From Prochlorococcus sp. AG-347-J14 (lineage in GTDB: Bacteria > Cyanobacteriota > Cyanobacteriia > PCC-6307 > Cyanobiaceae): a stretch of 64,000 nt of DNA. Under the pieces are notes generated by a model. That model made no database searches. It worked only from the letters and a program-made list of their open reading frames with translations, and had not been told where the DNA came from. Location of the stretch: contig QCBU01000007.1 of assembly GCA_003281505.1 (NCBI GenBank), positions 3,075 through 67,074 of the forward strand, in the 5' to 3' direction. Position 1 is the stretch's first letter, and each line of letters starts with the position of its first letter. Positions 43,431 through 53,661 of the stretch are shown piece after piece. The position numbers and the translations under genes are program-made.

Positions 43431-43504
43431 ATAAGGAATTTGCGATATCCAATCGTAGCCGAAAGCATGCCATTTAACTTAAAAAATTGGAATATTTCCA
43501 CTTT
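43392..43504. repeat. Direct repeat copy 2 (displaced tRNA 5' half plus promoter)
   Basis: See copy 1 at 41898-42012. Confidence 0.93.
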
Positions 43505-43530
43505 TAATTGTCAGATTAAATCTAATTTTT

Positions 43531-44580
43531 TTAATTTACTATTCCTTCTACTTGCCATTGTAAAGTTTCACCAGCATGAAATGGTTTAATTTGTCCGACA
43601 ATTTTTTTTTCTTCAACAACATCAATATATTCTTTAATTTTATTAGGTCTAGAAACTAATTTTAATTTTTCTTTATTTGGGGGGACATTATAAAAATGAG
43701 GGCCATTCAAACTTGCAAACTTTTCAAAATTATCTAGAGCATCCTCCTCTTCGAAAACTGTTAAGTAGCTTTCTATTGCTACTGGTGAATTAAAAATGCC
43801 TGCACATCCACAAAAAGCCTTCCACTTCCTAAGGTGTGGAGCAGAGTCAGTCCCCAAGAAAAAACATTTTTTCCCACTTGTTGCCGCTCTCCTTAAAGCG
43901 AGTCTATTATTTTCCCTTTTAGCAACTGGTAAGCAGTAAAAATCACTATTTAAGCCTCCAAAAAACATTGCATTTCTATTTATATGCAAATGATGCGGAG
44001 TAATAGTAGCCCCAATATTATTTTCTTGCACAAAATCCACTGCATAAGAGGTGGTTATATGTTCAAGAACGATTTTTAATTTTGGGAATCTTTTGGTTAT
44101 TTGAGAAAGTTCTTTATCTATAAAAACTTCTTCTCTATCGAATACATCTACTTCAGAATCAGTCACCTCCCCATGAATTAAAAGAGGCATTCCAGAATCT
44201 TGCATTAATTCAAAGATCTTATATAGATTTTCTATTTTCCTAACTCCATGACTAGAATTTGTTGTGGCATTTGCAGGATATAATTTTGCTGCAAAAAAAA
44301 CATTATTTTTAAAACCATTAATTAGTTCCCCTTTATCAGTGTCATCTGTAAGATAAATTGTCATTAATGGTTCAAACTTAGAACTTTCTGGTAGCGCTTC
44401 AAGAATAGATTTCCTATAAGAAATAGCGCTATTGATTGAAGTTATGGGACTTTTAGTATTTGGCATAACAATGGCTCTTCCAAAAAATTTGGAAGTAAAA
44501 TGAATGATATTTTTTAATACAAGACCCTCTCTTAAATGTAAATGCCAATCATCAGGTTTTATTATGTTTAAAGTCTTCAA
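43531..44580 (-). CDS. pyrC: Dihydroorotase (homodimeric type)
   Basis: PDDWHLHLR, KLYPANATTNS, LEHITT, GTDSAPH. Confidence 0.96.
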   Translation of the reverse strand: MKTLNIIKPDDWHLHLREGLVLKNIIHFTSKFFGRAIVMPNTKSPITSINSAISYRKSILEALPESSKFEPLMTIYLTDDTDKGELINGFKNNVFFAAKLYPANATTNSSHGVRKIENLYKIFELMQDSGMPLLIHGEVTDSEVDVFDREEVFIDKELSQITKRFPKLKIVLEHITTSYAVDFVQENNIGATITPHHLHINRNAMFFGGLNSDFYCLPVAKRENNRLALRRAATSGKKCFFLGTDSAPHLRKWKAFCGCAGIFNSPVAIESYLTVFEEEDALDNFEKFASLNGPHFYNVPPNKEKLKLVSRPNKIKEYIDVVEEKKIVGQIKPFHAGETLQWQVEGIVN

Positions 44581-44698
44581 AATTTTTTCTATTTAATCAA
44601 TTTTAACAGCAAATTAAAATTGACAATAAATTATAGATATTTGAGGATAGTTATTAACCAATTATGAAAATTTTAATTATCTAAGTAAAAGCCAAAAT

Positions 44699-45778
44699 AT
44701 GAGTGATTTTTTATTTCCAATAATAGAAATAGTTTTAGGCATAGTTCTACTTTTTGCTGGAGGAGAGTTCTTTATTCAAGGAGCCATATTTTTATCTTTA
44801 ATTTTAGGAATACCTCAAATAGTAATTGGTTTGACAGTTGTTTCTCTTGGAACAAGCTCACCTGAGTTGTTGGTAAGTTTGAGTTCAATTCTAAAAGGCA
44901 GTGATTCGCTTGCAGCAAGCAATGTAATTGGAAGCAATATTTTTAATGTTCTCGTTGTTTTGGGCATAAGCTCACTGATAACACCTCTTAAGGTAAAAAG
45001 CAGAATAGTCAGAAGAGATGTGCCTCTTTTAATGGCAATTTCTTGTGCAGTTTGGGCTATGTCATCAACAGGCTTATTAACTTTGCAAGCAGGGATATTT
45101 CTAATATTTTGTTTAATCTTAAATACAATATGGGAAATCAACACCATCAATGAAAAAGGAGAGGAGACAAAAGATGCTGAACCAGAGATAGAAGAATTAA
45201 AAGATAACTATAAAGGGAAAGTGAATATTTTACTAAAGTTAATATTGGGAATATTTCTTTTAAGCTTTGGTTCAAATATTTTAGTAAATGGTTCTCAAAC
45301 GCTCGCTACTCTTTTGGGTGTAAATGAAATTGTTATTGGTTTAACTATCGTCGCAACTGGGACATCTTTACCAGAATTAGTAACTTCAATAATTGCTGCA
45401 TTTAAAGGCAAAACAGATCTTGCGATTGGGAATGTAATTGGAAGTAATTTACTCAATCAACTTTTAATCCTTGGAAGTTGCAGTATTTTTTCAGGATTTA
45501 AAGGTTTAGTAATTGAACAGAGTCTAATAAAAGTTGACTTACCTTTTATGGTTTTGACTACCTTTGCATGCTTACCAATTTTCTGGAGCAAAGGGAAAAT
45601 TACAAGAATTGAAGGATTCATTTTGCTTAATCTTTATATTTTCTACATTCTGGATAAGATACTTTTCTTGAATGAATTTAACTTCCTTTCTGAATTAAGG
45701 ATAGGTTTATTTATTTACTTTGCATTACTTATAGTATATCTGATTGTTCAAGAAAAATTAAAATTTTCTAATTTATAA
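44699..45778 (+). CDS. Ca2+/Na+ antiporter (CaCA/YrbG family)
   Basis: Duplicated alpha repeats GTSSPEL / GTSLPEL and NVIGSN. Confidence 0.92.
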   Translation: MSDFLFPIIEIVLGIVLLFAGGEFFIQGAIFLSLILGIPQIVIGLTVVSLGTSSPELLVSLSSILKGSDSLAASNVIGSNIFNVLVVLGISSLITPLKVKSRIVRRDVPLLMAISCAVWAMSSTGLLTLQAGIFLIFCLILNTIWEINTINEKGEETKDAEPEIEELKDNYKGKVNILLKLILGIFLLSFGSNILVNGSQTLATLLGVNEIVIGLTIVATGTSLPELVTSIIAAFKGKTDLAIGNVIGSNLLNQLLILGSCSIFSGFKGLVIEQSLIKVDLPFMVLTTFACLPIFWSKGKITRIEGFILLNLYIFYILDKILFLNEFNFLSELRIGLFIYFALLIVYLIVQEKLKFSNL

Positions 45779-45780
45779 TT

Positions 45781-47145
45781 TTATCCATACATAGTCACAA
45801 ATTCTTCTGAGATAGTTGGGTGCAAAGCCATAGTAATATCAAAGTCTTTTTTTGTTATCCCTGCATTTAATGAAATTGATACCATTTGAATAATCTCAGA
45901 CGATGTTTCTCCAAACATATGACATCCTAAGACTTTGTCAGTTAGCTTATGAACTACAATCTTCAACATACATTTTGATTTATTCTTTTTAAAGGTATTA
46001 GACATAGGGGTAAATTTGCATTTGAAAATTTTTATATTTTTTTCAGAGTAAATCTCTTTAGCTCTTCTCTCACTTAAGCCAACTGTTGAAATTTCTGGAA
46101 TAGTAAAAACGGCCTTAGGGATATATTCATAATTTACTTTTCTTTTTTGGGCATTAAAAAAATTATCCGAAAAAACTCTCCCTTGTTCTATTGCTACTGG
46201 AGTTAAGTTTGGTTTATTTATGATATCGCCAACTGCAAAAATATTTTCGTTGCTTGTTTGATTTAGTTCATCAACATCTAAATATTGGCCATCCATCTTT
46301 AAATTTAAAAAATCTAAGTTTAAAGGCAAAAGATTTGGTTCTCTTCCTGTAGCAATAAGGATATTATCAGTCAGAATTTTATCTCCCGAGTCTAGGGTAG
46401 ATTCCAGATTTCCATTTACTCTTCTAATAGATTTTAATTGAGTATTGGAGATTATGTTGATTTCAGTAAAAGTAGGCGATTCCTCTAGGCATGAAGAAAG
46501 ATCCTCATCAAAACCATTAAGTAAATGTTGACCTCTAATTAATTGAGTTACTTCAGTACCTAAATTTCTGAAAATAGAAGCAAATTCACAAGCAATATAT
46601 CCTCCTCCTACTATTAATATTGATTTAGGAAACTTTTCTAATTCAAAAATATCATCACTAGTCCATGCCAAATCTACCCCAGGAATATTTAATTTCTTTG
46701 GTTTACCACCAACTGAAATAAGAATTTTTTTTGAACTAATTTTGTTTTTAATTTTCTTCGTTTTTAGGCAAATAATTTCCAATTCATTTTGAGTAATAAA
46801 TCTCCCTAAACCTTCAAAAACAGTTATATTCAACTTTTTTAAAGAATTTCTATGTAAATTACTTAATCTAGAAACTTCCTCTCTAACATTCTTCAATAAA
46901 ATGTTTGATTCAAAATTAATACCTTCATTTTTTAATCCATATCCTTCAGACGAATCGATATTTTTTTTACTTTTAGCGGCATAAACCATCAATTTTTTTG
47001 GGACACATCCCTTTATCACACAAGTTCCTCCTATTTGATTTACTTCTATGATCGCTACTTTTGCTCCATAACTAGCAGCACGTTTAGCCGCCGCGAGTCC
47101 TCCAGATCCAGCGCCAACAACAATTAAATCAAATTCAAATTCCAA
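45781..47145 (-). CDS. gor: Glutathione-disulfide reductase
   Basis: GAGSGG, GGTCVIKGCVPKK redox dithiol, HPTISEE. Confidence 0.93.
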   Translation of the reverse strand: MEFEFDLIVVGAGSGGLAAAKRAASYGAKVAIIEVNQIGGTCVIKGCVPKKLMVYAAKSKKNIDSSEGYGLKNEGINFESNILLKNVREEVSRLSNLHRNSLKKLNITVFEGLGRFITQNELEIICLKTKKIKNKISSKKILISVGGKPKKLNIPGVDLAWTSDDIFELEKFPKSILIVGGGYIACEFASIFRNLGTEVTQLIRGQHLLNGFDEDLSSCLEESPTFTEINIISNTQLKSIRRVNGNLESTLDSGDKILTDNILIATGREPNLLPLNLDFLNLKMDGQYLDVDELNQTSNENIFAVGDIINKPNLTPVAIEQGRVFSDNFFNAQKRKVNYEYIPKAVFTIPEISTVGLSERRAKEIYSEKNIKIFKCKFTPMSNTFKKNKSKCMLKIVVHKLTDKVLGCHMFGETSSEIIQMVSISLNAGITKKDFDITMALHPTISEEFVTMYG

Positions 47146-47197
47146 GACTTTTTTTAATCAATTATTATAACGTTAGTTTATAACTTTAATTCAAATA

Positions 47198-48427
47198 ATG
47201 AATGGGATTTTGACATGGGATGATTTAAATAAATTTGAAGTTGAAGATCTTGATAGAGTCCATGGTATAAATAATTCCTACGCAAATTTAAGATTATTTG
47301 GGCATAGTGAAAATGATGTATTAGTTACCCTCTATAGGGATAGGCATTCTTGGTGTCCTTACTGTCAGAAGATATGGTTATGGCTTGAATTTAAGAGAAT
47401 TCCATACAGAGTCAAAAAAATAAATATGTTTTGCTACGGTCAAAAAGAAAGTTGGTTCCTTGAAAAAGTTAGATCGGGGAAATTACCTGCAATTGAATTT
47501 AAAGGACAAGTTATAACTGAAAGCGACGATATCATAGCTTTTTTAGAAAATGAATTTGGAGCACTTGGTTCTTTTATAACATCTAATCAACTTATCAAAA
47601 TCAGAGAATTAGAAAGAGAAATTTTCAGATCCTGGTGTAATTGGCTCTGCCGAGAAAGCTTTAATTTTATAGAAAACTCTTTTAGAAAAAAAAGATTTAA
47701 AGAATCCATTTCTAAACTTGATGAAATCCTAAGTAGATCAAAATCAGGATTTGTTGATCCATCAGTATCTAATAGTGGTGATATAGAGCCTGGTGTTGGA
47801 GATATAATTTTTATTCCCTATATGGAGAGAATGAATGCTTCACTGATTTATTATAAAGGATTTAATTTAAGGTCTAATTACCGTCATGTAGATAACTGGC
47901 TTACCCTTTTTGAAGGGACAAGTGCCTATAGAGGCACTCAAGGAGATTTTCATACTCATTCTCATGATTTACCCCCACAAATGGGAGGGTGTTATAAAGA
48001 AAGAAATGAACAACAGATTACTTTCTCCAAGCTTATAGATACGGGGAAGGGTCTAGGTAATTATGAATTAAATAAAAATTATGATTCAAAATATTTCGCT
48101 AAAATTGCTCTTAAAAGAGTAATAAAACATAAAGACAATTTACTAAAAGTAAACCCATACAATAAAGAATCCTATGAGGAATCATTGAGATCAGCATTGA
48201 CCCATATGATCACAGGTGAAGTAATAATCCCTAAAAAATTTTCAGGAATCTCTCTAAGATACTTAAAAAATAGAATCTCAGTTCCAAGAGATATGCCAAT
48301 TATTTCAGCAAGGTTATTAAGACAATCATTAAATAAAATTGAATCTCTCGGGGATATCAATGATGTAGATAAAATACCTTTAGGACATAGATATGACCAA
48401 GATCCTAGAAATTTTATTTCTAGTTAA
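47198..48427 (+). CDS. Glutathione S-transferase family protein (CPYC active site)
   Basis: WCPYCQK, ITESDDI GST N-domain motifs; divergent from gor. Confidence 0.85.
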   Translation: MNGILTWDDLNKFEVEDLDRVHGINNSYANLRLFGHSENDVLVTLYRDRHSWCPYCQKIWLWLEFKRIPYRVKKINMFCYGQKESWFLEKVRSGKLPAIEFKGQVITESDDIIAFLENEFGALGSFITSNQLIKIRELEREIFRSWCNWLCRESFNFIENSFRKKRFKESISKLDEILSRSKSGFVDPSVSNSGDIEPGVGDIIFIPYMERMNASLIYYKGFNLRSNYRHVDNWLTLFEGTSAYRGTQGDFHTHSHDLPPQMGGCYKERNEQQITFSKLIDTGKGLGNYELNKNYDSKYFAKIALKRVIKHKDNLLKVNPYNKESYEESLRSALTHMITGEVIIPKKFSGISLRYLKNRISVPRDMPIISARLLRQSLNKIESLGDINDVDKIPLGHRYDQDPRNFISS

Positions 48428-48434
48428 CAGTAAA

Positions 48435-49829
48435 CTATAAGTTTTTTCTTGAATCTATTTGAAGTAAATCCCTTATTTTTTGAACTTGACTTGCAATATT
48501 AGGATCAATAGACAATTTTTTTTCAACTTGTTCAATAGCATACATAACTGTTGTATGGTCTTTCCCCCCAAACTCATCACCAATTCTTGGTAGGCTTAGA
48601 TCCGTTCCATGTCGCATAAGATACATGCCTATTTGCCTGGCTTGACTTACTGGTTTCCTCCTACTTGAACTAATCAATTCATCAGTAGAAACTTTAAAGA
48701 AATCTGAAACTTTATTAATAACTTGTTTTGGAGTAACAACTACTCCAACACTATTCGGATCAAGCATTGGAGCAATTGATTGGACTGTCATTGGCAAGCC
48801 TGTTATTGATGCAAATGCAACAGCTCTAGTAAATGCTCCTTCCAATTCTCGAATATTCGAAGTAAATCTTCCTGCTATAAATTGAATTAAATCTCTTGGA
48901 AGACTCATCCTCTCTTGTTCTGCCTTCTTTTGAAGGATGGCTGTCCTCGTCTCAAGGTCAGGTGGTTGAATATCTGCAGTCATACCCATTGAAAACCTAG
49001 AAATTAATCTCTCTTGAATTCCCGACAGTTGATTTGGAGGCCTATCACTTGCAATAACTATTTGACTTCCTGATTCGTGAAGAGCGTTAAAAGTATGAAA
49101 GAATTCTTCCTGTGTATACTCTTTGCCTTCTAAAAACTGTATATCGTCTATTAAAATCAAATCTACATTTCTATATTTATCTCGAATAGCTGTCATTCCA
49201 TCTCTTCGAATACCACTAATAACATCATTAGTAAAAGTCTCTGTAGATACATATTTAACTTTTGCATCTGGATCTATTTCTACTCGATAATGGCCTATTG
49301 CTTGCATTAAATGAGTTTTACCGAGACCTACTCCACCACAAATAAATAATGGATTGAATTCTCTACCAGGGGATTCGGCAACTGCCAAAGCCGCGGCGTG
49401 AGCCAACCTACTATTTGGACCTACTACAAATCTTTTAAAAACATAGCGCAAATTTAGACCGTTTGGATTTTTGGATCGATTCTTTGAAGGAATATCTTTA
49501 CTATTATTAGGAAATAATTTTGTTTTATGATTCACTATCTCTTCATCTAGGTTCCCTTTGTTTGTTGTAATGTTGCTGATATTTGTTTCAGATTTAAAAA
49601 CAACTTTTACATCATGGCCGCATATTTCTTTTGCAGCCTTTTCTATAGTTTGACAATAATTCTTTCTTAACCAATCACTGGAAAATGTATTTGGAGCAAT
49701 TAAGGTTAATAAGCCATTTTCAAAACAATTAAATTTAGCAGGCCTTATCCATGTCTCAAAAGAAGGCTTACTTAAAGTTTTTTGAAGTGATTGTTGAACT
49801 TCCGCCCAAATAGGATTGATTGCTTGCAA
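48435..49829 (-). CDS. dnaA: Chromosomal replication initiator
   Basis: [37 protein letters not shown]; TTG start. Confidence 0.98.
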   Translation of the reverse strand: MQAINPIWAEVQQSLQKTLSKPSFETWIRPAKFNCFENGLLTLIAPNTFSSDWLRKNYCQTIEKAAKEICGHDVKVVFKSETNISNITTNKGNLDEEIVNHKTKLFPNNSKDIPSKNRSKNPNGLNLRYVFKRFVVGPNSRLAHAAALAVAESPGREFNPLFICGGVGLGKTHLMQAIGHYRVEIDPDAKVKYVSTETFTNDVISGIRRDGMTAIRDKYRNVDLILIDDIQFLEGKEYTQEEFFHTFNALHESGSQIVIASDRPPNQLSGIQERLISRFSMGMTADIQPPDLETRTAILQKKAEQERMSLPRDLIQFIAGRFTSNIRELEGAFTRAVAFASITGLPMTVQSIAPMLDPNSVGVVVTPKQVINKVSDFFKVSTDELISSSRRKPVSQARQIGMYLMRHGTDLSLPRIGDEFGGKDHTTVMYAIEQVEKKLSIDPNIASQVQKIRDLLQIDSRKNL

Positions 49830-49995
49830 AATTTTATTCTCTAGATTATTAATCTAGTTGGAATTTAATAATTGGCCATTATGAAATCACAAGATCACGA
49901 TAAATTTAAAATTACTTAACAAAGTATCATACAAATTTAGGAAAAATTTTTATTTTTTTTATAGGCATATAATAATTTTAAATCGCACTAGATTA

Positions 49996-50631
49996 TTGGA
50001 TAAAGCATTAATTATTATCATGGCAAAATGGCATGGTTTTGGAAGATGCAAAACAAGATTATCTAAAGATATAGGTAAAAGAAATTCTGCAAATGTTCAA
50101 AGTGTGATGACAAAACACACTATTTCAGTCGCAAAATTTCTCCAAGAAAATAAATTTATTGATATTTCTATTGCTATATCTGGTTTGGGGCCAAGCAATT
50201 GTAGTAGATGGTCTAAACAATTAGGCATCAAAAAATTTAATTTACAAGGGAAAGGCTGCTTGGGAGAAAAAATGAAACGTCAAATAATTATCAACAAAAA
50301 ATTTTGTGCTAGACAAAATATCAAAAATATTATTTTTATTGGTACTGACCTTCCAGATTTATGCCATCAAGATTTATTGAATAGTCTAAAAGAGCTTAAA
50401 CAAAATGATCTTATTTTAGGACCATCTAATGATGGAGGATATTGGCTTATTGGTTTGTCAGAAAAAATATTTTCATCGCATATATATTTACCTTTTATCA
50501 ACATAAAGTGGGGTACAGAAAATGTTCTTCAAAATACAATTGATAATTTTGCTTCTACAAAATTGAAATATAAGTTTCTAGATAAAAAAATAGATATAGA
50601 TACAATTATTGATATTGAAAATAGAAAGTAA
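49996..50631 (+). CDS. DUF2064/CofC-like transferase (TIGR04282-like)
   Basis: CKTRL, QGKGCLGEKM, IGTDLP, LGPSNDGGYWLIG, DIDT. Confidence 0.8.
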   Translation: MDKALIIIMAKWHGFGRCKTRLSKDIGKRNSANVQSVMTKHTISVAKFLQENKFIDISIAISGLGPSNCSRWSKQLGIKKFNLQGKGCLGEKMKRQIIINKKFCARQNIKNIIFIGTDLPDLCHQDLLNSLKELKQNDLILGPSNDGGYWLIGLSEKIFSSHIYLPFINIKWGTENVLQNTIDNFASTKLKYKFLDKKIDIDTIIDIENRK

Positions 50632-50636
50632 ACGGT

Positions 50637-51326
50637 TTGTCTAAAATCTCCATAATCATTCCCACTATTAACGAAGCTAATAATTTGCCATTATTGCTTT
50701 CAGACTTGTCAAGTATTCCGAAAGAGGGCGAAATAATAATTGTTGATTGTGGAAGTGAAGATAAAACGATTGATATAGCAAATATTTATGGAGCGAAAGT
50801 ATGTATATCCAAAGAAAGGAATCGAGGTTTGCAATTAGATATTGGAGCTAAAAATTCAAAAGGAGAGTGGCTTATATTTTTACATGCAGACACAAGATTA
50901 ACCCATGATTGGTATAAAAAAATAAATTCATTTTTAAATGGAAACAAGAATAGTATTTACTATTTTAAATTCAAAATTAATCACAAAAAGATAATTTATA
51001 GAGTCCTCGAAATTCTCGTTAATCTTAGAAGTAAATACCTTAAACAACCGTATGGTGATCAAGGTTTGATAATTCATACAACTACCTACTTTAAGAATAA
51101 TGGTTTTAGAAAGATACCTTTGATGGAAGATGTAGATTTTTTAAGGAGATTAAACCAAAAAAAAGATTTAAAACAATTAAATCTAGCTATTTTTATAAGT
51201 TCAAGGAAATGGGAAAGAACTAATATTTTTCTCCAAGCAATTAAGAACTGGCACTTTAGAAGAAGATGGTTAAAAGGCGAATCGTTAAAATCTATATATT
51301 CTGATTACTACAAAAAAAATGATTAA
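50637..51326 (+). CDS. GT2 glycosyltransferase (TIGR04283-like)
   Basis: SIIIPTINE, FLHADT, YGDQG, LMEDV, SSRKW. Confidence 0.85.
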   Translation: MSKISIIIPTINEANNLPLLLSDLSSIPKEGEIIIVDCGSEDKTIDIANIYGAKVCISKERNRGLQLDIGAKNSKGEWLIFLHADTRLTHDWYKKINSFLNGNKNSIYYFKFKINHKKIIYRVLEILVNLRSKYLKQPYGDQGLIIHTTTYFKNNGFRKIPLMEDVDFLRRLNQKKDLKQLNLAIFISSRKWERTNIFLQAIKNWHFRRRWLKGESLKSIYSDYYKKND

Positions 51327-51853
51327 TTTGCATACCAAAAAGCACATTTAGAGCCTCTAGGTTCTAATATCCAACCTTGTCTTTTGTAAAATGAAACCAC
51401 TTCAGCATCGGCAAAAAGGGTTACTTTAGAAATTCCAATATTTTTCAATTCTTTTAGGACGTATTTCATTAACTCTTTTCCCAATCCAAGTCCTTGATAG
51501 ACAGGGTTAATAGCTACATCCCAAACTGTTGCTTCTAGAATTCCATCGCCAGTGCATCTTGCAAATCCTACTAGTCTGGGGAATTTATCATCATGACGCC
51601 ATAAACCAACCACCAAAATACTGAAATCTAAAGCTCTTTTTACCCTCCTTATAGGTCTTCTGCTCCAACCAACAGTTTGCAAAAGTTGATCTAGTTCTAT
51701 TAGATCTAAATCTTTATTTTTACTACATACAAATATTTCTTCTTTATTTGTTTGAGTGAACTCATAAGAATTTAAACCATAGAAATCTATCAGCTGATCT
51801 CTTGATATACTGGTTGATTTTTTTATTAAGGATCCTTGGTTTCTAAAAATCAT
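51323..51853 (-). CDS. GNAT N-acetyltransferase (Ycf52-like)
   Basis: VGFAR, WDVAINPVYQGLGLGK acetyl-CoA motif. Confidence 0.88.
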   Translation of the reverse strand: MIFRNQGSLIKKSTSISRDQLIDFYGLNSYEFTQTNKEEIFVCSKNKDLDLIELDQLLQTVGWSRRPIRRVKRALDFSILVVGLWRHDDKFPRLVGFARCTGDGILEATVWDVAINPVYQGLGLGKELMKYVLKELKNIGISKVTLFADAEVVSFYKRQGWILEPRGSKCAFWYAN

Positions 51854-53649
51854 TAAAAATTCGCGAATCCTTTTTGTTGAAGCTCAGAGAGCTGAAAATA
51901 TAAACCTTTTTTTAGTCTCAATTCACTATGTGTTCCCTCTTCAACTAATGATCCCCCTTTTAAAACTAAAATCTTATCAGAACTTTCAATAGTTGCTAAT
52001 CTGTGAGCAATAACTAATGCTGTTCTTTTTGAAAGAATTCTCTCAAGATCTTTCTGCAAAGTAGCTTCTGTAGACGGATCCATAAACGCTGTGGCTTCGT
52101 CCATTATTAAAACGACAGGATTTCTAATCGCTACACGAGCTACTGAAAGAAGTTGTCTCTCTCCAGAAGAGAGATTTCCCCCTCTTTCTCTGAGAAAGGT
52201 ATTCAAACCTTCTGGTAATTTTTTTAACAAATTATCTAACCCTAATTCGTTACAAAGATTTTCTAATTCAAAATTATCAAAATTCGAATTTAGTTTTAAA
52301 TTATCTGCAACATTTCCACTAAAGATAAAGGTATCTTGCAAAACTACTCCCAACATATTTCTCAGCGTTGCAATAGGAATATCTTTGATATCTATATCGT
52401 CGATTAAAATTTGGCCTGATTGAGGTTCATACAGTCTACATAATAGTCTTATTATGGTCGTCTTACCTGAACCAGTTGGCCCTACAAAAGCCACATGCTC
52501 TCCTGGATTGATCATGAAAGATAAATTCTTAATGATAGGTTCTCCTTCGTTGTAGAAGAAAGTGACATTCTTAAACTCAATTTTGCCCTTAAATTTTTTA
52601 TTTAAATTTTTGGCATTTTCTAAAAAATATCTTGCGGAAGTAGAGTCCTTAATCTGTATTTCTTCGTCCAATAATTCATTTATTCTTTCTACAGCGGTCA
52701 ACCCTCCTTGTATCTGAGTAAATCTTTCTGCAAGCTGCCTTAAAGGTTCAAAAAGTCTTTGGGAATATAAAATAAAAGTTGTTAAAGTTCCTAAACCAAT
52801 ATTTCCAGAAGTAACAAGATATCCTCCAACTGCCAAAACCAAAGAAACTGCGGCAAGAGAAATCCATTCTATAAATGCCGAAATACTGCTGTCATAAAAT
52901 ATTGTTCCATTAACTGCTTTCTTATAAGCAACTCCAGTTTTGGAAAATTTCTTGCTATTAAAAGCCTCTCTTCTAAACATCTGAACGACTTCTAAACCTT
53001 GAAGATTCTCTTGAAAATCAGAGTTGAGTTGAGATAATTCTTCCCTTACTTGATAATTGGCTCTTCTATAACGTTTTTGAAGCCAAATAATAAAATATGA
53101 AACTGGTATTTGAGTCAAAAGTAATAAAATGGCAAGACCTCGATCAATTGACAACATTGTCAAAGAAATTACTATCAGACTGACAAAGTCAGCAATGACT
53201 CCGACTGCCCCACTACCAAAAACCTCGGCTAAAGCATCAACATCATTTGTTAATCTCGTTAATAATTTCCCTACAGGCATTTTATCGTGATACTTAAGAG
53301 ATAAAGATATTGAATGATCAAAAAGTTCTCTTCTTATCCTTGCTGTCAAACGTTGTCCAACTGCTTGGATATTGTAAGTTTGGTATCCTTGAAGAACTAA
53401 TCTGAATATTACAGTTATAAATAAAGTTAGGATTATGGCATTTAATGACTGCCCAAAGAAAGTTTTACTTAGCCAAACATCAGTAGTTTCGTTCTTCAGG
53501 ATGGTAATTGCTTGACCAACTAATAATGGTTGAATCGCTCCAGAGAAAGAAACAGGTAACAAAACTATCAAGATTAGATAGATTGTTTTTTTATCTTTAG
53601 TTAAATATTTACCTAACTTTTTAATCCTTCTAAAATCTTTAAAAAACAT
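51853..53649 (-). CDS. ABC exporter, fused permease/ATPase (MdlB-like)
   Basis: N-terminal TMD; GPTGSGKTT, LSSGERQ, IMDEAT, AHRL. Confidence 0.92.
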   Translation of the reverse strand: MFFKDFRRIKKLGKYLTKDKKTIYLILIVLLPVSFSGAIQPLLVGQAITILKNETTDVWLSKTFFGQSLNAIILTLFITVIFRLVLQGYQTYNIQAVGQRLTARIRRELFDHSISLSLKYHDKMPVGKLLTRLTNDVDALAEVFGSGAVGVIADFVSLIVISLTMLSIDRGLAILLLLTQIPVSYFIIWLQKRYRRANYQVREELSQLNSDFQENLQGLEVVQMFRREAFNSKKFSKTGVAYKKAVNGTIFYDSSISAFIEWISLAAVSLVLAVGGYLVTSGNIGLGTLTTFILYSQRLFEPLRQLAERFTQIQGGLTAVERINELLDEEIQIKDSTSARYFLENAKNLNKKFKGKIEFKNVTFFYNEGEPIIKNLSFMINPGEHVAFVGPTGSGKTTIIRLLCRLYEPQSGQILIDDIDIKDIPIATLRNMLGVVLQDTFIFSGNVADNLKLNSNFDNFELENLCNELGLDNLLKKLPEGLNTFLRERGGNLSSGERQLLSVARVAIRNPVVLIMDEATAFMDPSTEATLQKDLERILSKRTALVIAHRLATIESSDKILVLKGGSLVEEGTHSELRLKKGLYFQLSELQQKGFANF

Positions 53650-53661
53650 TTAACAAATCTT

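Larger units (their letters stand above)
41898..43504. mobile_element. tRNA-Leu-anchored genomic islet (att-like repeats, no integrase)
   Basis: Single non-housekeeping gene between two copies of the tRNA 5' half/promoter. Confidence 0.75.
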
